In this document: piece after piece, positions 18,647 through 28,704 of the stretch
Position numbering within the stretch: position 1 is the stretch's first letter
Layout of the letters: the number at the start of each line of letters is the position of its first letter
Origin: an uncultured bacterium
GTDB taxonomy: Bacteria > Oederibacteriota > PGYV01 > CAWJRG01
Length of the DNA stretch: 64,000 nucleotides
Direction: 5' to 3'
Assembly: GCA_963845185.1 (NCBI GenBank)
Contig: CAWJRG010000010.1
Coordinates: 352,001-416,000 of the forward strand
Program-made: the position numbers and the translations under genes
The notes under the pieces: generated by a model
What the model saw: the letters and a program-made list of their open reading frames with translations, nothing else
What the model was told of the DNA's origin: nothing
Databases searched by the model: none

Positions 18647-18741
18647 CCCCTTCCCCCTCGACGGGGGAAGGTTGGGATGAGGGTGAAGCAACAGTCGAAC
18701 TACGCCACCCTCACCTTTTTCCTCTCCCGTCAAGGGAGAGG
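18647..18741. repeat. CCCTCTCCC-type REP-like inverted pair
   Basis: Same family as 1308-1430. Confidence 0.8.
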
Positions 18742-18770
18742 ATGTCGCTGATTAAATTAGGTATTTTAAT

Positions 18771-19193
18771 TTATTTCAGCAGTATTACTCCGCCTACTAT
18801 AAGCAGCGCACCAGCCAGCTTCGGCAATGTAAACGCTTCTCCAAAAACCAGTATGCCGAAAATAAATGCTATGAGCGGGTAGCATCCCGCTATAGGCACA
18901 ACCCTTGAAACATCCCCGCCCTGCAGCGCGTTGTAAAAAAATACCTGGCCGCAAACGTTTGCGAGCATTGCGCCGACCATCAGCAGCGCGGCGGAATCCC
19001 ACGTAAAATTCGTGAAATTGGCCTTGTTCCTGCTCAAAAACAAGAAAAGCAGCATTGCAGCTATAAAACTGCCGATGTTTCTGAGCACTACACCGAAAGC
19101 CGGGTTTATGCCCTTGGCAAGGGCGACTTTCTCAAGCAGGGGCACCGAGCCCCAGAATACAGCCGTAAATATCGCAAACCAGAATGTCTTCAT
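18771..19193 (-). CDS. EamA/DMT family transporter
   Basis: 140 aa, about 5 TM; GDVSRVVPI and FGE..TLPKLAG. Confidence 0.85.
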   Translation of the reverse strand: MKTFWFAIFTAVFWGSVPLLEKVALAKGINPAFGVVLRNIGSFIAAMLLFLFLSRNKANFTNFTWDSAALLMVGAMLANVCGQVFFYNALQGGDVSRVVPIAGCYPLIAFIFGILVFGEAFTLPKLAGALLIVGGVILLK

Positions 19194-19352
19194 GTTATAC
19201 CTCCAGTTTATTATTTTGATTCGGAATTACAATTTTCTTGTTCTTCTATTCAGGTTTTTACGTTCCTCTTAGTTTCTAGTTTCTGGGTCTCTCTGTCCCC
19301 TAAGTTTTTAACCAAGAGACCGGAAACAGAGAAACCGGGAGACTAACCGTAT

Positions 19353-19910
19353 CTATTTCTTTACTTTCGCCATTGTTATTTTTTTCTGCGCCTGGTACTT
19401 GCCCTTTTTGTCTGCGTATGAAACCTCGCATGTTTCTTCAGCCTTTAAAAATATCACCTGGGCAATGCCTTCATTCGAGTAAATTTTAGCCGGCCTTGAC
19501 GTTAGGTTTGCTATTGATATGGTGACAAACCCCTCCCATTCCGGCTCAAAAGGCGTGACATTCACGATTATCCCGCTCCTTGCGTAAGTCGATTTGCCGA
19601 AAGTTATCGCGAGTATGTCCCGCGGTATTTTAAAATATTCCACGCTCCTTGCCAGGACGTATGATTTCGCCGGTACAATGCACTCTTTGCCCTTGTAAAA
19701 AGTAAAATGCCCTTCCAAAAAATTTTTCGGGTCAATGATATGCGTGGCATTGTCGTCAAAAACCTTGAATTCGTCGCTGATGCGCATGTCATAGCCGTAC
19801 GAAGACACGCCGAACGATATTTTTCCCTTTGCGACCTGCCTCTCGCAAAAAGGCTTTATCATTCCTTTCTTTGCCATTTCAATAATCCAGCGGTCGTTCA
19901 TCACTCCCAT
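19353..19910 (-). CDS. dcd: dCTP deaminase
   Basis: SSYGYD, GKSTYARSG, PFEPEWEG, EGIAQ and GKYQ motifs. Confidence 0.95.
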   Translation of the reverse strand: MGVMNDRWIIEMAKKGMIKPFCERQVAKGKISFGVSSYGYDMRISDEFKVFDDNATHIIDPKNFLEGHFTFYKGKECIVPAKSYVLARSVEYFKIPRDILAITFGKSTYARSGIIVNVTPFEPEWEGFVTISIANLTSRPAKIYSNEGIAQVIFLKAEETCEVSYADKKGKYQAQKKITMAKVKK

Positions 19911-19921
19911 AAATAACCTCC

Positions 19922-20087
19922 TTGATTTCGTTTACTTTGCCAAGCCGTCGAAGGCAGTCAGATAGTCCCGTGGACTATTTGACGGGTAATTTCCACAAGT
20001 CATCTAATATAAAAACTACCCAGCAAAGTATTACGAAATCATGTACCCGTTCAAGTTCGAGGCCGTCAGGCCAAGAACAAGCGGTAC
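19922..20087 (-). ncRNA. Candidate structured 5'-UTR RNA, copy 2 (before dcd; long variant)
   Basis: ACCGCTTGTTC..GAACTTGAACGGGT and GATTTCGT-aa-TACTTTGC..GCAAAGTA-a-ACGAAATC, with a ~60 nt insert; ends at the RBS. Confidence 0.6.
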
Positions 20088-20196
20088 AATGAATTTTTAA
20101 ATCTAAAATGAGTTTTATTATATCATATTTTTCTTTCAAAAAAACAGGGTGAATCTAAAGCAAATTATCATCTACTTTGTCGACGGTTTTAAGAAC

Positions 20197-20333
20197 ACCC
20201 CTTCCCCCTCGACGGGGGAAGGATGGAATGAGGGTGACGTAGCATCTGAAAGTGTTTCATTTTGCATATATCCCTTAATGACGTTTTGCCGCCACTTCAC
20301 CCTCTCCTTTTTCCTCTCCCGTCGAGGGAGAGG
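20197..20333. repeat. CCCTCTCCC-type REP-like inverted pair
   Basis: Same family as 1308-1430. Confidence 0.8.
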
Positions 20334-20415
20334 AGACCGCCGATTTTATCGGCGTTAAGTTTAAATTTGACTTTTGATTTATTATATAATAATATGTTGC
20401 GGGTTTAAAAATCAG

Positions 20416-20512
20416 CACCGCTTGTCCCTCACAAGCCCGGGACTTGAGCGGGTACAAGATAGCGTAATGTTTTGTCTTCGCCTGTTGACGGCTCGACAAA
20501 ACAAACGCTATC
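20416..20512 (+). ncRNA. Candidate structured 5'-UTR RNA, copy 3 (before SDR)
   Basis: ACCGCTTGTCCC..GGGACTTGAGCGGGT and GATAGCGT-aa-TGTTTTGTC-ttc-GCC-tgttgac-GGC-tc-GACAAAACA-a-ACGCTATC, then AAGGAGG. Confidence 0.62.
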
Positions 20513-20528
20513 ACAAGGAGGTATTAAC

Positions 20529-21248
20529 ATGCAGGATATGAAAGGAAAAACAGCTGTCGTTACCGGCGCCAACCGCGGCATGGGCTTTGCCATGTCTGAA
20601 AAGCTGGCTGGCCTCGGCGCAAAGGTAATCATGGTTTGCAGGTCTTCAAAAACGGGCGGAGAAGCTGTTTCAAAATTAAAAAGCAAAAATCTTGATGTTG
20701 TCCTGAAAACAGCAGACGTGGAAAATCCCAAGGACATTGAAAAGCTTGGCCGTGAAATATCGGAAAAATTTCCATTGATAGACGTACTAATAAACAACGC
20801 CGGAACAAATACCGAGCCCGGCGAAGTTACAATCGAGACCATTGATATTGCGCTTTTTGAGAAAATCATAAATATAAACCTGCGCGGAACCATTTTGATG
20901 TGTAAATATTTCATACCCATGCTTAAAAAATCCGCCTCAGGCAGGATAATTAATTTTTCATCCGGTCTGGCCCAGCTTTCAGTGCCAAGGATGGGGCCAT
21001 ATCCTTCATACAGTATTTCAAAAACAGCGGTAAATGCAGTCACGAAATTGCTGGCCGACGAGTTAAAAGACACGAATATATTGGTTTTTTCTACTGACCC
21101 CGGCTGGGTAAAAACCGATATGGGCGGGCCAGAGGCGCCTTTGGAAATACAGGAAGGCATTGACACGCCTATATGGCTGGCTATTGAGGATGCCGGCAAG
21201 CTGCAGTCAGGCTATTTTTACAAGGAAAGAAAAATACTGGGGTGGTAA
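20529..21248 (+). CDS. SDR family NAD(P)-dependent oxidoreductase
   Basis: TGANRGMG, NNAG, YSISK and PGWVKTDMGG; start moved to ATG 20529 after the RBS. Confidence 0.92.
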   Translation: MQDMKGKTAVVTGANRGMGFAMSEKLAGLGAKVIMVCRSSKTGGEAVSKLKSKNLDVVLKTADVENPKDIEKLGREISEKFPLIDVLINNAGTNTEPGEVTIETIDIALFEKIININLRGTILMCKYFIPMLKKSASGRIINFSSGLAQLSVPRMGPYPSYSISKTAVNAVTKLLADELKDTNILVFSTDPGWVKTDMGGPEAPLEIQEGIDTPIWLAIEDAGKLQSGYFYKERKILGW

Positions 21249-21302
21249 TTTCTCGGATTGCAGATTTTTTGTTGTTTTTAAAATCCGGGTGGTGAAACAA
21301 TT

Positions 21303-22616
21303 ATGAAAAAAATTTTTGTTTTGATTGCCTTATTTTTAATTTTTGCGGGGTTAAATACGGCTTCAGGCCAGCCTGCTGGCCATGATGCGGATTCAAAACA
21401 CGGAATAATTTATGTATATCAAAATCCCGGCAAGCATGATTTTATTTCGCCTCCGGTTGTTTTGATAGACAATAAACCTGTGGGAAAAATCAACAGTTAT
21501 ACTTATTACGAGGTTTATGTGGCGCCCGGCAAACACGAAATCATGCTGGAAAAGTCTGCGAATAAACTTCAATATGATATAGCCGGGAATGATACTTACT
21601 TTATCAGCGTTGGCAATGACTGGAACGGGTTTGAAGAGCTGGAGGATGCAGGCACAGTAAAAGGGCAGGAAGAAATTAATAATTATCCGTCAGACTATAA
21701 AAAGCAGGTCTTTTTGAATTCCGGCCAGCCTGAAACACCGCTGGTTCCCGGAGTTAACGCCAAAAATTCAGAATCTTTAAAAGCTCCTGAAAATTCCGGC
21801 ACTGGCACATTGTATATCTACAGGAACACCGGGCTTGTAGGGATGCTCGCCGCCCCTGAAGTTTTCCTGAACGGTAATTTAATAGGCGTCTTAAAAAACG
21901 CTTCATATTACGTTTTGCATGTTAAACCGGGCCAATATACCCTGACCATGCCTTATTCCGGCAATCAGAACAAAAACGAAATAACAATTCAGGAAAATGA
22001 GGAATATTATTACAGCGCTGTTAATGAATTTCTTACAGGACTGGTTATTAAATACGTTAACCCGGAAAAAGGCAAATCCGAAATCATCTCATGCAGCCCG
22101 CTCGAATCAGAGACATCCGGGAATTTCGAAGAAAATAAAAACGCAATACTGCATGAGCCATCCGTCTATTTCAGGGTCGGCGGAGGAGTATTTTTGGATA
22201 TTCCGGGGCTTTTACTTTCCGGTCACGGCGTGGGCCTGTATCCTGTCGCAGACCTGCTTTTGGGAAATAAAAATGATACGAGGTTCGGGCTTTCCTGTTC
22301 TTATATACCTTACGCGGATTTTACAACGGGCATATCGGGGAAAAACTATTCATTTAACGAGCAATTTTTGCCTGTATCGGTTTTTGTTTCTTTAAACAAT
22401 TTTGCGGAATGCGGGATAGGCATATCATACGTCAATGCGCAATCAAATTTGGCGAATGTAAGCTCCGGTTATAGCGGGGTTTTCACTCTTGGATTTGCCA
22501 CAGACGAATCAACCCCACAGTATTTAACATTTGCAGAAAGAAATTATCTCTTCTATGACGGGCACAGTTTTTTATTTTTAATGTCGGTTTTCGCGGCTTT
22601 CGGCCTGAACCTTTAA
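21303..22616 (+). CDS. Secreted protein with two DUF2846-like domains and a possible C-terminal barrel
   Basis: Signal peptide; two IYVY/LYIYR...PG(K/Q)(H/Y) modules. Confidence 0.7.
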   Translation: MKKIFVLIALFLIFAGLNTASGQPAGHDADSKHGIIYVYQNPGKHDFISPPVVLIDNKPVGKINSYTYYEVYVAPGKHEIMLEKSANKLQYDIAGNDTYFISVGNDWNGFEELEDAGTVKGQEEINNYPSDYKKQVFLNSGQPETPLVPGVNAKNSESLKAPENSGTGTLYIYRNTGLVGMLAAPEVFLNGNLIGVLKNASYYVLHVKPGQYTLTMPYSGNQNKNEITIQENEEYYYSAVNEFLTGLVIKYVNPEKGKSEIISCSPLESETSGNFEENKNAILHEPSVYFRVGGGVFLDIPGLLLSGHGVGLYPVADLLLGNKNDTRFGLSCSYIPYADFTTGISGKNYSFNEQFLPVSVFVSLNNFAECGIGISYVNAQSNLANVSSGYSGVFTLGFATDESTPQYLTFAERNYLFYDGHSFLFLMSVFAAFGLNL

Positions 22617-22622
22617 AGTAAA

Positions 22623-22716
22623 AGCATAGCCACGCCAGTCCGGCTCGCGACCGAAAATATAGCAAGGCTTCAGTCAGGTTATTTTTTGTAAGGAAAGAAA
22701 AATCCTCGGCTGGTAA
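22623..22716 (+). pseudogene. Degenerate duplicate of the SDR 3' end
   Basis: Reads SIATPVRLATENIARLQSGYF-(+1)-KERKILGW*, versus GIDTPIWLAIEDAGKLQSGYFYKERKILGW* in the SDR. Confidence 0.7.
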
Positions 22717-22749
22717 TTTTTTTACACAGATAGCGCAATTTTGGCTATA

Positions 22750-25074
22750 TTATTTACTAACATTTTTCCGTTTCTTTTTTATTTCAGTAAAATATACTAT
22801 AACATAAATAAAAATGCCTAACATTGTTAAAACCAGGCTAATCAGTATTTTTACCCTGCTGTAATAAAATTCTATTTCATGCTTTCCCTTATCAACCGGT
22901 ATTCCCATTATCGCGTAATCAACGTTATAAATTTTTGTACGTGTACCATCTATTTTTGCCCGCCATGAAGGGTAATACGTGTTCGAAAGCACGAGCACCC
23001 CTGCTTTGTTTGTCTCAAGGCCTATTTTTATCCTGTTAGGCGTGTATTCGGTTATATGCAGGTCATACTGCAGTTTTTCCGAGCTTGTATTTGTTAAAAT
23101 ATCTTCGGTTGTCAAAACCACATCAGGGTCAAACTGTGCCGACTTCATAAACGAAAATATCTGCTCGTCATTATCGAGTTTGCTTGCCTTGTCCAGGAAA
23201 AAAGCGCGCGGCATTACTTTTGTATCCTCTATTAATTGAATAGGGCCGTTGATTAGTTCTATAAAGTCTTTCGTTTTAATATAAACATCTGTTATGTAAT
23301 ATTTAATATTGTAAAGTCTGTTCACGGTCAGGCTGTCAAATGCCCTTTTCTTCAGCATGTTGGCGTATTTTAAAGGTAAAAGCCCGTGGTCTCCTGACAT
23401 AAATTCCAGGCCATAATATATATTTTTATTATAAAAAAAATGCCTGTCAACGTCCTGGGTTCTTGCAGGTTCTTTATCCTGCTGCAAACTCTGCATTATC
23501 TGGTTATTACCCTCAAAATAATCCGGCATATTGGCATAATTAATAAATTTTTTGTCAATTCTGTATAAATCTATAAATATTAAAGCTGCGATTATGCATA
23601 TGAAAATATAGGGTTGTTTTATTCCCTTGCGCAAAGTTAAATAAACAGTAAATAAAAAACCTGAAGTTATTACACCAAAATATGTGACATCCAGCCTGAT
23701 TTGTGATATCGCGGGTGATATAAACTCCAGCGACGGATTTTTTTTCCAGACATAAAAAAATGTATTATTAATAAAATCAGACACATGCACCGGGTTTGAA
23801 ATAAAAACTAGCATTATAAAAAAGATAATTCCTGCTGCCGCGGCTGTCCAGCTCCATATTTTAAAAAGCGTATTCCCCTTAAAATTGATTTTATATTTTT
23901 TTTCCCGTGTTATAGCCAGGATATTGCTTATCGCAATGGCAGAAAGCATTATTATAAACATATCAAAAAAATATATATACCGCAGCGGAGTCCTGAATTT
24001 ATTGATTACAGGCACGTAAAATAATATTCTGTAAAAAGGGATGTACCAGCCGCATCCAAGTATAAAAAAAACAGCTGCAGCCGCGGAAAAAAATATTGCC
24101 TGCCTCCTGGATTTTTTCAGCATAAATGCGAAAGGTAAAAGCAAGAATGGTATGATGCCTATATAAAGCGTGGTGTAGTTAGGCGCTTCAAATCCATAGT
24201 AAGTATCGCCCTGCAGACCGAAAAAGTTCGGGAATAAAAAGGATATGCTTTCCAATGGATTAAAAGACCATTGCGTAAAATCAAAATATGTAAAATCGCC
24301 CCTCCATGAATATTCAATATACCCGGTTGTCTGGAAAAGTTGCAGTGCGCTGAATAAAACAATCATGACCAGTGACAAGATAAAAAATATTGCTGTTTTT
24401 TTTATTGCCTTCATATCACGGCTATGTTCCGTGAAGAAAAGTTCATAAACAATATACAAAATAACCCCAAAATATGTGTAAAGCAACAGCTGCATTCCTA
24501 TGCAGAGTATCATAAGGGCTGCGAACAGCGACGCGTTTAAAAAATGGAAAATCTTTTTTTCTTTTATCCCCCTGCTTATGAAATAAAATACATATGGTAT
24601 CAGTGCCATTGCCTTTATATTGCCCCAGTGCCCTACGTTTACAAGCGATATTAAAAAACCGCTTATCATGAATACGAACCCTCCGAATAACGAAGCTTCT
24701 TTTGTTGTTTCAAACCTCCTTAAAAGTAAATACATCCCGAATGCTGCAACAAGCATGTGAATTATGATATCCATGGTGTAGGTATAATAAAGAGGGATTG
24801 GCAGCAACATATAAAGCAAGTTTGTCGGATAAAAATATATTAAATTAGTCGAATCTATCAGGGGTATTCCGCCGAATAAATAAGGCATCCACAAAGGCAG
24901 GTCGTGGTACTGCTGGAACATCCTTTGCGCAAAAAGCCTGAAAGGAAAATCAAGGGATATTGTGTCAGGACCGAAAAGTATTTTACCATGCTGGAAACCG
25001 TTTTTAAAAAATAAAAACGGTATAAGTATAAATGCAAGCGCGATGATTGTTTTTTCTATTTTCCTATATTGCAT
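22750..25074 (-). CDS. YfhO-family (GT-C-like) membrane protein
   Basis: PLWMPYLFGGIP, FYP, multiple TM segments, C-terminal YYPSWRAKIDG...GKHEIEFYY. Confidence 0.85.
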   Translation of the reverse strand: MQYRKIEKTIIALAFILIPFLFFKNGFQHGKILFGPDTISLDFPFRLFAQRMFQQYHDLPLWMPYLFGGIPLIDSTNLIYFYPTNLLYMLLPIPLYYTYTMDIIIHMLVAAFGMYLLLRRFETTKEASLFGGFVFMISGFLISLVNVGHWGNIKAMALIPYVFYFISRGIKEKKIFHFLNASLFAALMILCIGMQLLLYTYFGVILYIVYELFFTEHSRDMKAIKKTAIFFILSLVMIVLFSALQLFQTTGYIEYSWRGDFTYFDFTQWSFNPLESISFLFPNFFGLQGDTYYGFEAPNYTTLYIGIIPFLLLPFAFMLKKSRRQAIFFSAAAAVFFILGCGWYIPFYRILFYVPVINKFRTPLRYIYFFDMFIIMLSAIAISNILAITREKKYKINFKGNTLFKIWSWTAAAAGIIFFIMLVFISNPVHVSDFINNTFFYVWKKNPSLEFISPAISQIRLDVTYFGVITSGFLFTVYLTLRKGIKQPYIFICIIAALIFIDLYRIDKKFINYANMPDYFEGNNQIMQSLQQDKEPARTQDVDRHFFYNKNIYYGLEFMSGDHGLLPLKYANMLKKRAFDSLTVNRLYNIKYYITDVYIKTKDFIELINGPIQLIEDTKVMPRAFFLDKASKLDNDEQIFSFMKSAQFDPDVVLTTEDILTNTSSEKLQYDLHITEYTPNRIKIGLETNKAGVLVLSNTYYPSWRAKIDGTRTKIYNVDYAIMGIPVDKGKHEIEFYYSRVKILISLVLTMLGIFIYVIVYFTEIKKKRKNVSK

Positions 25075-25107
25075 TATTTCATTTACCCCTATATTTATTT
25101 ATACGCA

Positions 25108-26709
25108 TTACAGCATTTCCGCCAGGTCATATTCCCCTGTTGCCATGCCTATCTGCGAATGCCCGCCGGGCCCGTATTCTTTTTCATGCGACTCGCCGCC
25201 GCCCCAGCCCTCGTACCACAAGAACCATTTGCAGTTGTATTCAAACACCTGTGCGAACCATATGCCGCCGTCGTCCCATTCGCCTTTTTCGCCGCGCGAA
25301 AACACGGGATTCTGCGTGCCTTTCATCCAGTGCACCATGTCGTATGAAAAAGCCAGCCCAAAAAAGGGCGGGTAATCATGGTACATATTGTCCCCGGCGT
25401 ACATCATGTAATAAATTCCGTCTTTCTCATAAATCCTCGGGGTTGTGACTGATTTCGAGTCCCACGCTTCCGCATCCCTGTCATAATCCAGCACCGACGT
25501 GTCGGAATATTTTTTGAAATTATACCCGTCGCGCGATGTCGCGAGGAATATGGAAAAACCGCCCCTGTCATTCGGCAGCACATATATCATGTAGATAACC
25601 CCATCTTTTTCCACTACGCTCGGCGCACGGCCAATGATCACGGGGTTTTTAGGATATTTAGAAAAATTGTAAAAATCCTTTGACAACGCGAGCCCGACTG
25701 CGTTCGTGCCCTTGCCGAGCCCGCTGTAATATAGAAAAACCTTTTGATCAAAATAAATAGCAGACGGGTCCAGCACGCCATAATTCTCAAAATCATCCCT
25801 GCCTATGTCTATTATTGGGTTTTTCGGGTAATCAATGAAATTCCTGCCGTTAAACTGGTCATAGGGCACGCTCGACACGCAAATCCTGTCTGTGCCGTCG
25901 CCTCCCCTGTAATAATAATATATGGTGTCGTTGTTTACCAGTATATCCGGGTTTGCAGTGTGCACGCTTTTGTAAGAGCCGGGCACCACCGGTATGGCAG
26001 GGTTTGCTTCGTATTTTTTCCAGTACGGGTTGCTTTTTATAACGCGGTCCTTGAAATCAGCCTTTATTTTCCCCGCAGGCTTGATAATGTTTTTTGCCCA
26101 CACAGCAAAAGGCCTTAAATCCGGGTCATGGGTTGATATCATGTCAAGGAACCCGTAAGCAGGCGCGTATTTTTTTTCTCCAAGAAGCAGTATAAATTCC
26201 TTTTTCGCGTTTTTTAAGGCGTTTGCCCTGTCAAAAAGCTTCACGGCACCGGCGTAATCGCCAATAAGCGCGCAATAGGCAAAAAACTCAGACGGGTTTG
26301 CTTCCCCGCCGCCGGGATGGACATCCTTAATTCTTTTTAAAATTTTTCCCGTATCAAACCCGGCCGTCCTGCTCCTTAACAGCAGATAATATAAATGCCC
26401 TGTTTTGTCTTTTGCCGCAGCCATGGCGCCGCATATTGCCTCGTCCAGAGCGCCGGAGCCCGCGAGCGAAAGGGTAAAAGCCGCGTCTTCGCGCAAGTCA
26501 GGGTCGTTTAAAAAATTTATTATTGCCGGCAGATATTCGCTCTGGTTTAACCTCCATATATCGGTCAGCGCTGACTTGATTTCGCTTTTATCCTGCGACT
26601 TTAGCTTTTCCTCCATGGTCTTTTCTTTGGTGCAGGAAAGGCAAAGTAATAAGATTAGCGCTGCCAGGAAAATAATGCCTGTTGGTTTTTTGTGTATTTT
26701 ATTTTTCAT
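25108..26709 (-). CDS. Lipoprotein with a helical N-region and a five-bladed propeller glycosidase-like domain (GH43/GH130-like)
   Basis: LSC lipobox; repeated NP(V/I) motifs, DPS, WD, IG.A motifs; start set to MKNK. Confidence 0.7.
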   Translation of the reverse strand: MKNKIHKKPTGIIFLAALILLLCLSCTKEKTMEEKLKSQDKSEIKSALTDIWRLNQSEYLPAIINFLNDPDLREDAAFTLSLAGSGALDEAICGAMAAAKDKTGHLYYLLLRSRTAGFDTGKILKRIKDVHPGGGEANPSEFFAYCALIGDYAGAVKLFDRANALKNAKKEFILLLGEKKYAPAYGFLDMISTHDPDLRPFAVWAKNIIKPAGKIKADFKDRVIKSNPYWKKYEANPAIPVVPGSYKSVHTANPDILVNNDTIYYYYRGGDGTDRICVSSVPYDQFNGRNFIDYPKNPIIDIGRDDFENYGVLDPSAIYFDQKVFLYYSGLGKGTNAVGLALSKDFYNFSKYPKNPVIIGRAPSVVEKDGVIYMIYVLPNDRGGFSIFLATSRDGYNFKKYSDTSVLDYDRDAEAWDSKSVTTPRIYEKDGIYYMMYAGDNMYHDYPPFFGLAFSYDMVHWMKGTQNPVFSRGEKGEWDDGGIWFAQVFEYNCKWFLWYEGWGGGESHEKEYGPGGHSQIGMATGEYDLAEML

Positions 26710-26731
26710 GTTGTTATTCCCTGCATTTTTT

Positions 26732-26760
26732 GTAGAGACGTTGCGGCGCAACGTCTCTAC
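26732..26760. repeat. GTAGAGAC-type REP palindrome
   Basis: gtagagacgttgcggcgcaacgtctctac. Confidence 0.8.
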
Positions 26761-26768
26761 ATTAAAAA

Positions 26769-28286
26769 CTATTTCATTTCCTTTTCACTGAACGCGTACA
26801 CTGTAAAAATAAACATTTCCAGGTTCTTGTCTTTTTTCCACGCGTCCCTCGGAAGGCCTGCTTTTTGCTCGCAGAGTTCCGACAAGAATTCATCCTTGCT
26901 CCATCCTGTCTCTGTCGCGACCTGCGGCAGGAAAAGGCCTGTCCTGTTGCCTTCCTTCACTATTACTCCGTCTTTTCCCATTACGATTTCATCCGGGCTT
27001 TTTATTTTCCTGTTTTCCGACAGTATTGAAATTTCAATGTCTATTTTATCGAGCTCGCTCAGGTTTACGGGCGAAAACCTGCTGTCGTTCAGGGCAGCAG
27101 AGCATGCCATTTCCACAAGCCCCTGCCTCAGGTTCATTATTGGCTCTATGAGCCCCACGCACCCTCGCAGCTGCCCGCCTTCATTTAACGTGACAAACAC
27201 CCCGTAATTCTTGTCAAAAATAGGGCCCTTATCCTTTATTTCCATCATTTTTTTGTCTTTTATGCAGGTCTTTATCGCCTCTCTTACGATTTTCAGCATT
27301 CTGGTTTTTTGCGCGTTATCCAGGCTGACGTCAAGCGTGTCTGCCGCCGCTGTGGCACCGCTGCTTAAAAAAGCAACTGCGCCGTAGCCGACTACCCTTG
27401 ACTTGTCGCCGGATGTTCCGGCTGAATTTGCAGTATGCAAAAGCTGCGCTTTATCAAGCCCGAATTTTTTCATAATCTCTATGCCTGTTATTATTGCCTT
27501 TTCCCCGCAGGCCGCGGTCACTTCGTTTTGCTTGGCGTAATTTATGACAAGGTTGTCGGCAGTTTCTTCTATCCTTTGCGTGTCCAGGCTTAAAATTGAG
27601 TTTATGCATTCCCTGTCCGATTTCTCCGCAATGTCGGCAGGCGGGTAATGCGAGAGGTCAGAGCTGATTACCACAAGGACTTTACTGCCTTTTAACACTT
27701 CGTAAATTGCTTCAGCCGCGTCCTTTGCGTCCTGCAGTGATATGTCAGACACAATCAGGGGTATAAGCTTGAATGTTTTTACCTTTTTCAGCAAAAACGG
27801 CAGTTCCACCTCAACCGAGTGTTCCTGCGCAAACGCGTCTTTCACTTCCTTTATGACTTTTGATTTTTCAATAAGTTTTTTGATTATTTTTGTGTCGCAT
27901 TGCACGTCGCCGTTCGGCAGCCTGAACCTGTCATAAAGGCATGTGTTCAGGCCGTACACCGGCGAGTAATGCGCCGTGCCTATCACTATAATATAATCGT
28001 AATTGTCGTCTATCACGCTGAAGCTGTATGCCGCTGTCTGGCCGGAAAATTCATAGCCAGCGTGCGGGGTTAAAATGCCTGTCACCCTGCCCTGCATTTT
28101 CGGCAGACGCTTGACATTGTCAAAATATTCGTTGATATTGTTGCTTAATATGTCCGGCTCTGCAGGGTAAAAGCCTCCCGCGACCCCCGGGTTTTTTATC
28201 TGCATCCCCTGCGCCCCGCAGCCGCAGGCAGCCAGGATAATTGCCGAAATTACCGTTATAACCGCCAGCGTTTTAAATAATTTCAT
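26769..28286 (-). CDS. AmmeMemoRadiSam protein B (MEMO1) + protein A (AMMECR1) fusion
   Basis: VAGGFYP, PHAGY, EHSVEV, SSDLSHY, VVGY (MEMO); GVFVTL..LRGCVG, DSRF, LFLPQV, KAG (AMMECR1). Confidence 0.9.
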   Translation of the reverse strand: MKLFKTLAVITVISAIILAACGCGAQGMQIKNPGVAGGFYPAEPDILSNNINEYFDNVKRLPKMQGRVTGILTPHAGYEFSGQTAAYSFSVIDDNYDYIIVIGTAHYSPVYGLNTCLYDRFRLPNGDVQCDTKIIKKLIEKSKVIKEVKDAFAQEHSVEVELPFLLKKVKTFKLIPLIVSDISLQDAKDAAEAIYEVLKGSKVLVVISSDLSHYPPADIAEKSDRECINSILSLDTQRIEETADNLVINYAKQNEVTAACGEKAIITGIEIMKKFGLDKAQLLHTANSAGTSGDKSRVVGYGAVAFLSSGATAAADTLDVSLDNAQKTRMLKIVREAIKTCIKDKKMMEIKDKGPIFDKNYGVFVTLNEGGQLRGCVGLIEPIMNLRQGLVEMACSAALNDSRFSPVNLSELDKIDIEISILSENRKIKSPDEIVMGKDGVIVKEGNRTGLFLPQVATETGWSKDEFLSELCEQKAGLPRDAWKKDKNLEMFIFTVYAFSEKEMK

Positions 28287-28666
28287 TCTGTTTGCATCAC
28301 GCATTTTGCTTCAATGCCTCCTCTCGTGTTGTAATTTGTCTCGACATAGAGGTATTTGGGGCTCAGCAGTTTTTTTATGTCCGTGAATATCCTGTCTGTC
28401 GCCGCCTCCTGGTATATCCCCACGTTCCTGAAAGATATAAAATAATATTTCAGCGATTTGAGCTCGATTATTTTTTTATCCGGGATGTATCTTATTATCA
28501 CCTCGGCAATGTCCGGCAGCCCGGAAAACGGGCATACTGCCGAAAATTCTTTTGTGCGGTATTCTATTAGCTGTTTTTTGCCCTTGTAACTGATGGTCTC
28601 GAGCACTTTCGCGTCTATTTCAGTTTCCGGCTGGAACCTGTATTTTTTTCCTTCTGCTTTCGGCAT
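28283..28666 (-). CDS. queF: preQ1 synthase (7-cyano-7-deazaguanine reductase)
   Basis: EFSAVCPFSGLPD, ELKSLKYY and RGGI motifs. Confidence 0.93.
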   Translation of the reverse strand: MPKAEGKKYRFQPETEIDAKVLETISYKGKKQLIEYRTKEFSAVCPFSGLPDIAEVIIRYIPDKKIIELKSLKYYFISFRNVGIYQEAATDRIFTDIKKLLSPKYLYVETNYNTRGGIEAKCVMQTE

Positions 28667-28704
28667 ATTGCACCTCGTATTTATATTGAATTACCTCCGA
28701 CTTC

